Origin: an uncultured Acidimicrobiales bacterium
GTDB lineage: Bacteria > Actinomycetota > Acidimicrobiia > Acidimicrobiales > SHLQ01
Reading direction: 5' to 3'
Length of the DNA: 64,000 bases
NCBI GenBank assembly: GCA_938038785.1
Contig: CALHTB010000054.1
Span: 465 to 64,464, forward strand
The stretch's first letter is position 1; the number at the start of each line of letters is the position of its first letter. The position numbers were made by a program, and so were the translations under genes. Positions 29,753-39,356 of this stretch are shown piece after piece. Below the pieces are notes generated by a model, which was not told the DNA's origin, made no database searches, and worked only from the letters and a program-made list of their open reading frames with translations.

Positions 29753-31030
29753 ATGTCCTCCTCCCCCTCTCACCAGATCAGCGAATTCGTGATCGAGCCT
29801 GGACCACCCCTGTCCGGCGAGATCACGATCAGTGGCGCGAAGAACTCGGTCCTCAAGCTGATGGCCGCAACCGTCATGGCCAACGGCACCCACACGATCT
29901 ACAACGTGCCCGACATTTTCGATGTTGGCATCATGTGCCAGCTGCTCGAATCGATGGGCGCAAAGACCTCTCGGCGCCCCGGAGTTGTCGAGATCGTCAT
30001 CGACAAGATCACTCCGGTCGCTCCGTTCGAACTCGTTGAACAAATGCGGGCCTCGACCGCAATGCTCGGCCCGCTCCTCGGACGGTTCGGACATGTCGAG
30101 CTAGGCATACCCGGCGGTGACGACTTTGGCCATCGCCCCATCGACATGCACCTCACCGGCCTCGAGAAGCTCGGGGCAACGTTCGACGTTTCAGCAAAAG
30201 GTGTCGTCGGCGATGTCGACCGCCTGTCGGGCGGAGACGTCGCGCTTGGCTTCCCGAGCGTGGGCGCAACCGAGAACATCATGATGGGCGCTGCTTTGGC
30301 CCAAGGCACCACCACCATCAGCAACGCTGCGTGCGAACCCGAGATTGCCGATCTGGCCTCGTTGCTCAACAAGATGGGCGCTCGCATTACCGGCGCTGGT
30401 TCGCCGACCATCACGATCGTCGGCGTCGACGAGCTCGAAGCGGTGAGCCACCGGGTCATCCCCGACCGGATCCAGGCCGCCACCTTCCTTGCTGCGCTCG
30501 GTGTGGCTGGCGGCGAGATCGTCCTGAAGGAAGCCCGCTACGACCACATGTCTATGGTTTGCCAAAAGATCGGCGAGATGGGCCTTCGCATCTCGCCAGA
30601 TCGCGACGGCATCTGGGCCATGGCCAACCAACGCCTCAACGCAGTCGACCTTTCGACATTGCCCTATCCCGGCGTTGCCACCGACTACAAACCCTTCCTT
30701 GCGTCGATGCTCTGCGTTGCCGACGGCACCAGCATCGTCACCGAGAATCTGTTCGCCGGGCGGTTCCGCTATGTCGACGAGCTTGTCGCTATGGGCGCCA
30801 AAGTTCGAACCGACGGCAACCACGCGGTCATCAAGGGTGTCGAACGCCTCCAAGGGGCCAACGTCGTCAGCCACGACATTCGCGCCGGGGCAGCCGTCAT
30901 AGTCGCCGCGCTTGGTGCTGATGGCCAGACCGTCGTGCGCGACTGCGGACACGTGGCTCGCGGATACCCCGACTTGGCCGGCGACCTTCGAACGCTCGGT
31001 GCCAACATCATCGAGCGAGACGCTTCCTAG
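29753..31030 (+). CDS. murA: UDP-N-acetylglucosamine 1-carboxyvinyltransferase
   Basis: SGAKNSVL, MRAS, RPIDMH, SVGATEN, DIRAGA motifs. Confidence 0.96.
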   Translation: MSSSPSHQISEFVIEPGPPLSGEITISGAKNSVLKLMAATVMANGTHTIYNVPDIFDVGIMCQLLESMGAKTSRRPGVVEIVIDKITPVAPFELVEQMRASTAMLGPLLGRFGHVELGIPGGDDFGHRPIDMHLTGLEKLGATFDVSAKGVVGDVDRLSGGDVALGFPSVGATENIMMGAALAQGTTTISNAACEPEIADLASLLNKMGARITGAGSPTITIVGVDELEAVSHRVIPDRIQAATFLAALGVAGGEIVLKEARYDHMSMVCQKIGEMGLRISPDRDGIWAMANQRLNAVDLSTLPYPGVATDYKPFLASMLCVADGTSIVTENLFAGRFRYVDELVAMGAKVRTDGNHAVIKGVERLQGANVVSHDIRAGAAVIVAALGADGQTVVRDCGHVARGYPDLAGDLRTLGANIIERDAS

Positions 31031-31164
31031 CTGTCAGATTCCTCGGCCATAAGCTTGTCGGCTCGACGGTTCGCTAGCCACAGCAAACCTCCAAGAATGA
31101 TGATCGGGCCCGCGACCAGAAGAATCTCGTCCCAACCGCCTTGATGGGCGAGCAAGAGCGACAT
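31027..31164 (-). CDS. Small single-pass membrane protein
   Basis: MSLLLAHQGGWDEILLVAGPIIILGGLLWLANRRA; begins 2 nt after the NifU stop. Confidence 0.6.
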   Translation of the reverse strand: MSLLLAHQGGWDEILLVAGPIIILGGLLWLANRRADKLMAEESDS

Positions 31165-31166
31165 GG

Positions 31167-31517
31167 CTATAGCGTGACCGCGGTGCCGTCGGAGTAGAAC
31201 ACCTGGCCGACGTTGACCACTTCGGTGACGCTCGGAACGCGATCTTTCATGATCCGTTCGATACCCGACTTCAGCGTTGCTGACGATGCCGGGCAACTCT
31301 GGCAGGCGCCCTGCAGCTCAACTTCGACGATTCCGGTTTCGGTATCGAACGAAACGAGCTCGACGTCGCCCTTGTCGGCCTGCACTGCTGGTCGAATAGC
31401 GGCGATGACCTTCTCGACCTCCTTGAGGACCGCAGCAGCATCCTCACCTGCGTGAATTGCAGGATCTACAGACGCGGTGGACTCTGCGGCGGCGGCGACG
31501 GGCGATTCCTTCATCAT
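31167..31517 (-). CDS. NifU/NfuA family Fe-S carrier protein (start may be 31514)
   Basis: IRPAVQADKGDVEL...LQGACQSCPASSATLKSGIE. Confidence 0.92.
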   Translation of the reverse strand: MMKESPVAAAAESTASVDPAIHAGEDAAAVLKEVEKVIAAIRPAVQADKGDVELVSFDTETGIVEVELQGACQSCPASSATLKSGIERIMKDRVPSVTEVVNVGQVFYSDGTAVTL

Positions 31518-31599
31518 GACGAGTGTACGAACAATGTTCGTCGATGAAAGATTCCGGCGGCCGTCGTTCTAGATTCTCAAGAGACCTATGGGGGCTCGG

Positions 31600-32385
31600 A
31601 TGATCACCTTTTCGGCCAATCTTGGCTTCTTGTGGAAGGACCGACGGCTACCCGACGCAATCCACGCCGCGAAGGACGCCGGGTTCGACGCCGTCGAATG
31701 CCACTTCCCCTACGAATTTGCCGCTCGTGACGTGTCGGCCGCCCTCTCTGAAACCGGGCTGACGATGGTGTCACTCAATACCTGGACAGGTGATGGGCCA
31801 AACGACTTCGGGTTGGCGGCGATGCCGGGCCGCGAGAACGAGGCTCGCGGGCTCATCGATCAGGCGGTGGAGTATGCCGCTGCCATCAACTGCCCCAACG
31901 TGAGCGTGTTTGCTGGTCGAACGTCAGGAACCGCGGAGGCCGAGGCGGTGTTCCGGGAGAACTTGGCCTACGCCGCGCACGCGGCTCAACAGGGCGGCCA
32001 AACGATTCTGATCGAGCCGCTCAATACCGACGTGCACGACTACCACCTGGTGTCGGCTGACGTTGCTGTTGAAACGATCAAGGCGGTTGGTGAAACCAAC
32101 GTAAAAGTCATGGTTGACTGCTTCCACTCATCGAAGATGGACGGAGCGCTCGTGCCGGTCTTCGAGCGGGTGTTGCCGCACGTCGGCCACATTCAAATTT
32201 CGGCATTTCCAGACCGAGGCGAGCCGATCGACGGCGACCCCGCCCACGGAGGGATTGTGTATTCAGAACTCCTTCCCTGGCTGGTAGAGCAGGGATATGA
32301 CGGACTGTTCGGCGCCGAATACAACCCGACCGCAGGCCTCGAAGCAGGCCTCGGCTGGCTCAAAGATTGGAGAACGCACCCATGA
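31600..32385 (+). CDS. Hydroxypyruvate isomerase family TIM-barrel protein
   Basis: [24 protein letters not shown]...PDRGEP, GAEY motifs. Confidence 0.88.
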   Translation: MITFSANLGFLWKDRRLPDAIHAAKDAGFDAVECHFPYEFAARDVSAALSETGLTMVSLNTWTGDGPNDFGLAAMPGRENEARGLIDQAVEYAAAINCPNVSVFAGRTSGTAEAEAVFRENLAYAAHAAQQGGQTILIEPLNTDVHDYHLVSADVAVETIKAVGETNVKVMVDCFHSSKMDGALVPVFERVLPHVGHIQISAFPDRGEPIDGDPAHGGIVYSELLPWLVEQGYDGLFGAEYNPTAGLEAGLGWLKDWRTHP

Positions 32386-33122
32386 GCGGGATCGCAGTAG
32401 TGACAGGCGGAGGTAGCGGAATTGGCCGGGCCACCGCCCTGGCCCTCAGCGAACACGGATGGTCGGTGGTCGTTGCCGGGCGAACCCAAGCATCGCTCGA
32501 CGACACGGTTGCGGACATGGCCGGTGACGGCCTCGCTGTCACGACCGACGTGAGTTCACCCGATGAAGTCGAGCGACTCTTTGCCGAGACGCTCGAACGC
32601 TTTGGACGAGTGGACCTGCTCTTCAACAACGCCGGGATCGGCGCTCCGGCAGTTCCCGTCGACGAACTCGCCATCGATGCGTGGAATGAGGTGATTGCGG
32701 TGAACCTCACCGGGTCGTTCTTGTGTGCGCGCCAAGCCTTCCACCACATGAGGCACCAAGCGCCCACAGGCGGCCGAATCATCAACAACGGATCTATTTC
32801 GGCTACAACTCCTCGCCCGTTCTCGGCGCCCTACACCGCAACCAAGCACGCAATCACCGGCCTCACGAAGTCGCTTGCGCTCGATGGTCGGGCGTTTGGC
32901 ATCTCGTGCGGACAAATCGACATCGGGAACGCCAACTCTGCAATGGGGGATCGAATTGCCCAAGGTGTAGTGCAGGCAAACGGTGCGATCATGGAGGAGC
33001 CAACGATGGAGATGCGCAACGTTGCCGAAGGTGTGGTCTACATGGCGGGACTTCCGGCGGGCGCCAACGTGTTGTCAATGACAGTGATGGCCACCAACAT
33101 GCCATTCGTCGGCAGAGGCTAG
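32382..33122 (+). CDS. SDR family oxidoreductase
   Basis: [17 protein letters not shown] motifs; overlaps the upstream stop (ATGA). Confidence 0.93.
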   Translation: MSGIAVVTGGGSGIGRATALALSEHGWSVVVAGRTQASLDDTVADMAGDGLAVTTDVSSPDEVERLFAETLERFGRVDLLFNNAGIGAPAVPVDELAIDAWNEVIAVNLTGSFLCARQAFHHMRHQAPTGGRIINNGSISATTPRPFSAPYTATKHAITGLTKSLALDGRAFGISCGQIDIGNANSAMGDRIAQGVVQANGAIMEEPTMEMRNVAEGVVYMAGLPAGANVLSMTVMATNMPFVGRG

Positions 33123-33152
33123 GCAAGAACCCATGGGTAAGGAATCGCAAGC

Positions 33153-34904
33153 ATGACAGCAGAACAAGCCGACTACGACCTCATCATCATCGGCGGAAGC
33201 GCCGGCGGCCTGTCGGTCGCAATTTCGTCAATCCGGTCGGGGCTGAGCAGGGTTCGCCTCATCGAACCCGGAAACTCGGTGGCGTTCCCCGAGCTCGTGC
33301 CCGAGAACTTGGTCGATGTCGCCTACGGTGAGCAGCTCGAATCGATCGATGCCGAAGGCGACCACCTGGTGGTCACGACCGACCAGCGCGCGTACCGAAC
33401 TCGAGGCTGCCTCGTTTCTCGCCGCCACCGCGACCCGCAATGGGCTGCACCGATAGCGCTTCCAACCTCGCCCAATGTCACCGTCGACAGCCTCCCCGAA
33501 GGACTCAACGACCTCGACATCCTCGTAGTTGGCCACACCAATCACGCCGCCGAGCTTGTCGCAGAAGCTGCAGCAGGTGGAGCGGGCGTCGTCTTCGCCG
33601 CCGGCGGCATGGACCCCGCCAGGCTTGCCCCCGCAGCTGACGCTGTGCTTCGTCGGCTCGAGCGCGAACGCCGCATCACCGTGCTGTACCGGGCCGTACC
33701 AGACGGCATCGGGCAAGACGGCGAGTTTCCCGTCGCCTACTTCAACGACCGCCGTACCCCCGACCTCGAGTTCGATCACATCGTGTTCGCCTCCGAACGT
33801 TGCCGCCCAACCGTCGCCGAACTCAACGTTAGCCAAGCAGCCATCGACAGCGGCAAGCTCTGGTTCGACGGCGCACCCGAAGATGGTGTTGATGTACCTA
33901 ACGGTCACTCGTGGGAGGTCGGCAACAAGCTGGCCGAAGCATGCTTCCCGGAGCTCGAACTCGTCGAGCCCCCATCGGTCGTGCGCCGCCGTGTCCGCCA
34001 CGAATCGGCCATTGCCGAGCTGCGCGAAGAGACCTATAACGCCACCATCACCGCGTTCGAAAAACGCCACTCCGACCTCTGGGTGCTGCGGGTTCGCCCC
34101 GATCACGGCGACACATCGCACCTGCCCGGCCAGTACGCCTCGCTCGGCCTCGGCTTCTGGGAAGACCGAGTCGACAACTACGCCGACCCCGGCATCGATG
34201 AGAAATGGCACAAACTCATCCGCCGCTCGTATTCGATCTCGCACTCGATGTTTGAGCCATCGGGCTATCTCGCCCCGCCCGACACCGAAGAGCTCGAGTT
34301 CTACATCGTGCTCGTCCCAGCTGACGACGGACACGTCTCAGCCCTAACTCCTCGTCTCGCAACCAAGCAGGTTGGCGACCGCATCTACCTCGGGCCAAAG
34401 GTCGCTGGGCGCTACACGCTCAACTCGGTCGAGACACCCGAAACCGCCGTCATATTCTTTGCCACCGGAACCGGCGAAGCCCCGCACAACTCGATGGTCA
34501 CCGAACTCCTCCGTAAAGGACACACCGGCCCGATCGTGTCGACCGTGACCGTCCGCAACTGGAAAGACCTCGGATACCTCGACGCCCACCGAAAGCTCGA
34601 AGAGCGGTTCGCGAACTATCACTACATTCCAATGCCAACCCGCGAAGCCGACGTGCCAAAGCGCTACCTGCAAGACCTCATCCGAGACGGCGACATCGAA
34701 CTCGCCCTCGGAGGCACCATGGACCCGGCCAGCACCCACGCCTTCCTCTGCGGAAACCCAGCCATGATCGGTCTGCCCGAAGGCGAAGACGGCGAAGAGT
34801 CATGGCCCGAAACCACCGGCGTCATCGAACTGCTCGTCGAGCGAGGCTTCACCATCAACAAACGCGGCCAACCCGGCAACATCCACTTCGAAGAGTATTG
34901 GTGA
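33153..34904 (+). CDS. Ferredoxin--NADP+ reductase (Fpr type) with N-terminal TrxB/pyridine-nucleotide-disulfide-oxidoreductase-like region
   Basis: N-terminal YDLIIIGGSAGG; C-terminal RRSYSI, ATGTGEAP, FLCGNPAMI and terminal EEYW. Confidence 0.8.
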   Translation: MTAEQADYDLIIIGGSAGGLSVAISSIRSGLSRVRLIEPGNSVAFPELVPENLVDVAYGEQLESIDAEGDHLVVTTDQRAYRTRGCLVSRRHRDPQWAAPIALPTSPNVTVDSLPEGLNDLDILVVGHTNHAAELVAEAAAGGAGVVFAAGGMDPARLAPAADAVLRRLERERRITVLYRAVPDGIGQDGEFPVAYFNDRRTPDLEFDHIVFASERCRPTVAELNVSQAAIDSGKLWFDGAPEDGVDVPNGHSWEVGNKLAEACFPELELVEPPSVVRRRVRHESAIAELREETYNATITAFEKRHSDLWVLRVRPDHGDTSHLPGQYASLGLGFWEDRVDNYADPGIDEKWHKLIRRSYSISHSMFEPSGYLAPPDTEELEFYIVLVPADDGHVSALTPRLATKQVGDRIYLGPKVAGRYTLNSVETPETAVIFFATGTGEAPHNSMVTELLRKGHTGPIVSTVTVRNWKDLGYLDAHRKLEERFANYHYIPMPTREADVPKRYLQDLIRDGDIELALGGTMDPASTHAFLCGNPAMIGLPEGEDGEESWPETTGVIELLVERGFTINKRGQPGNIHFEEYW

Positions 34905-34960
34905 TTTCCGATGGAGCGGACGGCGCTCCGCGCCCAATTGTCCGCTCCATCGGAAATCAC
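34901..34960. repeat. Perfect 21-bp-arm inverted repeat overlapping the reductase stop codon
   Basis: gtgatttccgatggagcggac ...18 nt... gtccgctccatcggaaatcac. Confidence 0.9.
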
Positions 34961-34966
34961 ATTCCT

Positions 34967-35141
34967 TCCCCTTCGGGGATCGTTCAGGCGGCACGAAGCC
35001 TGGGCGCCCGAGGCGGTGTGTGCTGTGTTGTCCCCTTCGGGGATCGTTCAGGCCACGCAGGCCGAGCGCCGGAGGCGGCGAAGACCGGGTGGTTCGGGCG
35101 GCACGAAGCCTGGGCGCCCGAGGCGGTGGAAGCTGTGCTGT
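34967..35141 (+). repeat. Three degenerate ~60-bp tandem units with C(UUCG)G hairpins
   Basis: tccccttcggggatcgttcaggc at 34967 and 35031; gttc(a/g)ggcggcacgaagcctgggcgcccgaggcggtg at 34982 and 35092. Confidence 0.8.
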
Positions 35142-35152
35142 TCCTCTTCAGC

Positions 35153-35316
35153 TTCATGGGGCCTGTCCCCGTAAACCTGCCCTTTATGGGGACTGTCCCC
35201 ATGAACTGAATATTGGGTCTATTTGGCGTTGATTTTTCAACGCGGATTTCAGGCCTGTCCCCGGTTGAAGCTCTTTATGGGGACAGGCCCCGTAAAGATC
35301 AGGCCCCGTAAAGATC
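35153..35316. repeat. Cluster of REP elements of the same family as those flanking the RAYT
   Basis: ttcatggggcctgtccccgtaaa (35153), ctttatggggactgtccccatgaa (35182), partial copy at 35252, ctttatggggacaggccccgtaaag (35273), and a partial duplication at 35298. Confidence 0.88.
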
Positions 35317-35329
35317 ATCGACGACTAGA

Positions 35330-37879
35330 TCAGGTGGCGGTGAGGTTTAGGGCGTTGTTGATTACGCCTAGGTGGCTGTAGGCCTGGGGGTGGTTGCCTA
35401 GGGCCCGGCCGGTTACGGGGTCGAACTCTTCGGACATCAGTCCGGTTTCTCCCGCGGTCGACAAGTAGCTGCGGAACAGGCTTCGAGCTTCCTCATGTTC
35501 GCCCAGCAGCGCGTAGCAATCGATCATCCACGACGTCATGAGCTGGAAGCCGCCCTCGGCACCAGGCAGACCGTCTTCGTGGTGATAGCGATACACCGTT
35601 GGCCCCTCGCGAAGTTGTGCCTCGACGGCTCGTACGGTCGCAGCGAAGCGAGGGTCGTCGGCTTCGACAAAACCGCTCAGGCCAACCATGAGCACCGACG
35701 CGTCCAGGTCGGTTCCGTCGTATGCGGTGGTGAACGACTGCACCGTCTCGTTCCACCCGTTCTCGAGCACATCGTTGCGAATGGTGTCGCGAAGCTCGGC
35801 CCACTCGGGCATGTCGCGCTCGAACACCTCGGCGGCAAGCTTCATGGCCCGGTCAACGGTGACCCAGCACATCACCCGTGAGTACACATGGTGGCGCGGT
35901 GCCGAACGAATCTCCCAAATGCCGTGATCGGCTTCTTGCCAGCGTTCCTCGACCGCTCCAACCATGCCTTCCACGAGACGCCAGTGCCGTGACGACAGGG
36001 GAGCGCCCCGCTCGCCCAGCAGGTACACCAAGTCCACGATCGGCCCAAAGACGTCGAGCTGAATCTGGTTGTCCGCGGCGTTGCCGACGCGCACTGGGCG
36101 CGAGCCGCCGTACCCGGCGAGCTCGGTGATGTCAGCCTCGGGTGGAAGCTTGCCGCCGTCGAGGGCATACAGCGGGTTGAGTCGGCCGGGTTCGCCGTCA
36201 CCATTTTCGAGGACGCCGAGCACCCAATCGAGATAGTCCATTGCTTCTTCATGGCTGCCGAGACGCACGAGGGCCGCCGCACTCATGGCAGCATCGCGCA
36301 GCCAACAGTACCGATAGTCCCAGTTGCGAACGCCACCGATGTGCTCGGGAAGGCTCGTCGTTGGAGCAGCAGCAATGCCACCGCTGGGGCCATAGACAAG
36401 AGCCTTCAGCACAAGGGCAGATCGACGCACCGCATCGGCTGCTTCATTCGGAAGTTCGAGACGGTCAGCCCAATCAGCCCAGAACCGACGGGTGTGGTCG
36501 CGCTTGCGGGTCTCTGGTGACTCGGCTCGAAGGCTGGCGGTGCCGACGCGCATTTCGAGGGTCAGCGGGCCGTTCGACAAATCGACCCGGGCAACTGCGG
36601 TTTGGTGAGGGCCATCAGACTCGATCGTCCATTCGACGCCAGGCGAACGCAACACCACAAGGTCTCGGGCTCCCACGATCTCGAGCCCATCTGTGCGAAC
36701 GTCGATCTGCGTGGGGAAGCGGCCAAAATCGAGCCGAGGCGCGAACTCGATGACCGCGGTGCCCGAGCCAGCGACGTGGCGAATGAGGTCGGTTCGGCCG
36801 GCGAGCAGCGTTGGCCGGCCGTCGGACACGTCGAGGTAGTCGGTGACGGTCATCGACGGCCAGATTGTCTCCAACACCATCGTGTTCCCGGCGTAGCGCT
36901 GCAGGCTTGGGCCGCGACCGTCGGAGCTCTTCACTGCGAAATAGCCCGCCGTCGGGCCACCCAACAGCTCTGCGAACAGTGCTGGATCATCGAGACGCGG
37001 CGCGCAGAACCACGTGACCCGCGCGTCGGGAGTAACGATTGCAGCGGTGCGCTGGTCGCTGAGAAGGCTGTGCTGCTCGATCGGTACGAGCCCTGCACCT
37101 GCAAGCCATTCGCTGCGCAGTGAGCTCAACGTGCTGAGCATCAGCGCCACGTCTTCGGTGCCGTCGATTCGATAGGTGGCCGCCGTCTCGCCCTCGCCGA
37201 CCTTGACGCTTACGTCGGGGCCCTGAAGCGACGTGAACGCGTCTTCGTCGGTGGCATCGTCGCCAACGAAGAGCACCGCGGACGCGCTGACGTTGGTGCG
37301 CAGAGTGTCGAGTGCTTTGCCCTTGTCGGCTTGCATCACCCCGACCTCGCACACCTTCTTCCCGTGGCTGATCGTGAGCGAATCGTCCGATGCTGCAAAC
37401 GCCTCGACCTCGGCGACCGCAGCCGCCACCGACTCAGGAGCGGCGTTACGGGTATGGAACGCAACCGATGCCGGCTTTTGTTCGAGGCTGGAGCCGGGAT
37501 AGCGCTGTGCGATCTCGGCCAGCCGTTCGCCAATGACACCGCGGCGGGCCATCGTCTCGCTGTCCATCTGCAACGCAAAGTCGACGTCGAACTCGCTGCC
37601 ATGGCTTCCGACGAGGTGGATTTCGGCGGGTAGACGGCTGAGCGCAGCAAGGTCACGCAATGACCGAGACGAAATGACGCCCACGTGCGTTTGATCGAGG
37701 GTGGCCAGCGACCGCATCGCCACCGAAGTGTCCCGATCGGGAACAGCCTTCATCGGGTCATCAACAAGCGGCGCAACGGTGCCGTCGTAGTCGGTGGCCA
37801 CAAGAAGCTGTGGGGTCTGGGCGAGTTGGCTTAGGGCTTCGTGAAGCTCGCGGGGGAGGGGCTTTGGATCTTCGATCAC
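35330..37879 (-). CDS. Trehalose-6-phosphate phosphatase (OtsB) fused to glycoside hydrolase family 15
   Basis: HAD motifs DYDGT and GDDATDE; GH15 motifs AAPTTSLPE..GG.RNWDYRYCWLRD, GIWE and GNHPQAYSH. TACCGT lies 6 nt before the GTG. Confidence 0.92.
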   Translation of the reverse strand: MIEDPKPLPRELHEALSQLAQTPQLLVATDYDGTVAPLVDDPMKAVPDRDTSVAMRSLATLDQTHVGVISSRSLRDLAALSRLPAEIHLVGSHGSEFDVDFALQMDSETMARRGVIGERLAEIAQRYPGSSLEQKPASVAFHTRNAAPESVAAAVAEVEAFAASDDSLTISHGKKVCEVGVMQADKGKALDTLRTNVSASAVLFVGDDATDEDAFTSLQGPDVSVKVGEGETAATYRIDGTEDVALMLSTLSSLRSEWLAGAGLVPIEQHSLLSDQRTAAIVTPDARVTWFCAPRLDDPALFAELLGGPTAGYFAVKSSDGRGPSLQRYAGNTMVLETIWPSMTVTDYLDVSDGRPTLLAGRTDLIRHVAGSGTAVIEFAPRLDFGRFPTQIDVRTDGLEIVGARDLVVLRSPGVEWTIESDGPHQTAVARVDLSNGPLTLEMRVGTASLRAESPETRKRDHTRRFWADWADRLELPNEAADAVRRSALVLKALVYGPSGGIAAAPTTSLPEHIGGVRNWDYRYCWLRDAAMSAAALVRLGSHEEAMDYLDWVLGVLENGDGEPGRLNPLYALDGGKLPPEADITELAGYGGSRPVRVGNAADNQIQLDVFGPIVDLVYLLGERGAPLSSRHWRLVEGMVGAVEERWQEADHGIWEIRSAPRHHVYSRVMCWVTVDRAMKLAAEVFERDMPEWAELRDTIRNDVLENGWNETVQSFTTAYDGTDLDASVLMVGLSGFVEADDPRFAATVRAVEAQLREGPTVYRYHHEDGLPGAEGGFQLMTSWMIDCYALLGEHEEARSLFRSYLSTAGETGLMSEEFDPVTGRALGNHPQAYSHLGVINNALNLTAT

Positions 37880-38003
37880 ACGCAAACGGTACCGTTAATC
37901 ACCGATTGGCGAGGTATCTGGACCCATCGATTTGCCGCTGGCTCTTACCGGCGAATTACCTACAAGTGGGAATCATCCAGGTAGCGTCTGCATTGGAATC
38001 ATT

Positions 38004-38894
38004 ATGAGCAACGTGGAACCACAAGACGGTGCGGTCAGCGAGGTCTGCTACAAGCATGCCGATCGATCAACTGGCGTCAGCTGCCAACGGTGTGATCGCC
38101 TGATTTGTGGCGAATGCGCGCACCAAGCCTCGGTTGGCGTGCATTGCCCCGAGTGCACCAAAGGCACCAAGCAGAAGGTCTACACGTCGAGCAACATGCC
38201 CGGCTCACAAGGCCGGGTCACCCAAGCGCTCGTCGGCATCAACGTGGCGATCTTCGTCCTCACCATCTTCTTCCTCGACGCCACGGTAGTGAGCGCCGGT
38301 TCGGTCTTTCGCGACTTCGGAACCTACGGATTTCCAATCGCCGAGAACTTTGAACTGTGGCGCATCTTCAGCGGTGGGTTCATCCACTCGGGCGTTATTC
38401 ACATTGGCTTCAACATGTACTTGCTGTGGCAGCTCGGCCTCCAGCTCGAACGAGTGCTCGGCGAACGCGACTACCTGGCCGTCTATTTCACAACGCTCAT
38501 CGCAGGCAGCCTCGGAGCGCTGGTGCTCTCGCCGCTCAGCCCAACCGGCGGCGCTTCGGGCGCGGTGTTCGGCCTCATTGGGTTCACCGTCTTTGTGTAC
38601 CGCAGCCGCAATATCGGGCTCTTCGACACCGGCCTCGGCTTCCTCATCGTGATCAACGTGCTCTTTAGCTTCCGAGGTGGAGTGAGCCTCGGCGGGCACG
38701 GTGGCGGTCTCCTGGCCGGCCTTCTCCTGGGTGTCATCTACTTCGGAATGAACCCCGGCGATGGTCCGCTCATACCGGAGTCCAAGAAGCGCTTCCTCAT
38801 CACGGTCTCCCTCGGCGTCGTCATGTTTGGGTTGTGCTACCTCGCAGCTACGACGTGGATGAACCCGCTGTTCCAAACTCCGCGAGGCGGCTAG
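38004..38894 (+). CDS. Rhomboid family intramembrane serine protease with N-terminal Cys-rich (B-box-like) domain
   Basis: CYKH...CQRC...CGEC...CPEC, WR, HIGFNM, GASGAVFG, GHGGGL motifs. Confidence 0.93.
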   Translation: MSNVEPQDGAVSEVCYKHADRSTGVSCQRCDRLICGECAHQASVGVHCPECTKGTKQKVYTSSNMPGSQGRVTQALVGINVAIFVLTIFFLDATVVSAGSVFRDFGTYGFPIAENFELWRIFSGGFIHSGVIHIGFNMYLLWQLGLQLERVLGERDYLAVYFTTLIAGSLGALVLSPLSPTGGASGAVFGLIGFTVFVYRSRNIGLFDTGLGFLIVINVLFSFRGGVSLGGHGGGLLAGLLLGVIYFGMNPGDGPLIPESKKRFLITVSLGVVMFGLCYLAATTWMNPLFQTPRGG

Positions 38895-39343
38895 GCGACG
38901 ACTTCGCCGTTCTTGAAGCGCTTGCTCAGCGCTTGCAGGTTGCGCTTCCAGATCAGCTTGAGCACGATCGACCCAATCGGTTCGCCGACCGGTCCGCCGA
39001 GCCACCACGGAAACGACAGCTCCTCTTCCCAACGAAACAGGGTGCGCCCACCAGCGAGCGGCGACAGCGTGAATGCGCCCTCGCCCATCACCACGCCAGA
39101 GTGCTTCACACCGATCGTCTCAGCGTCGATCCACGCGGTGATCTCCATGACATCGGTCAGCTGAATAGGCCCGACTTTGGTCTCGCATTCGAAGGTGGTT
39201 CCGACGCCCTCTTTGGAATCAGACGTGAACCAGATCGACTCGGCGTCGTGCATCCACTCGACGTGACTCGACAACACGCGGACGTCGGTCCAAACCACCT
39301 CAGGCGGGGCATCGAGCTCGGTCTCCACGGTGATTGCGGCCAT
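38891..39343 (-). CDS. SRPBCC family protein
   Basis: APPEVVW...W, GVGTTF and C-terminal helix NLQAL. Confidence 0.85.
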   Translation of the reverse strand: MAAITVETELDAPPEVVWTDVRVLSSHVEWMHDAESIWFTSDSKEGVGTTFECETKVGPIQLTDVMEITAWIDAETIGVKHSGVVMGEGAFTLSPLAGGRTLFRWEEELSFPWWLGGPVGEPIGSIVLKLIWKRNLQALSKRFKNGEVVA

Positions 39344-39356
39344 CGAAGCAGGCTAT

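Noticed and set aside
34967-35316. Possible CRISPR array or mini-array
   Set aside because: The units are degenerate and irregularly spaced, there are no unique constant-length spacers, and no cas genes are in the window. REP/BIME-like repeats fit better.
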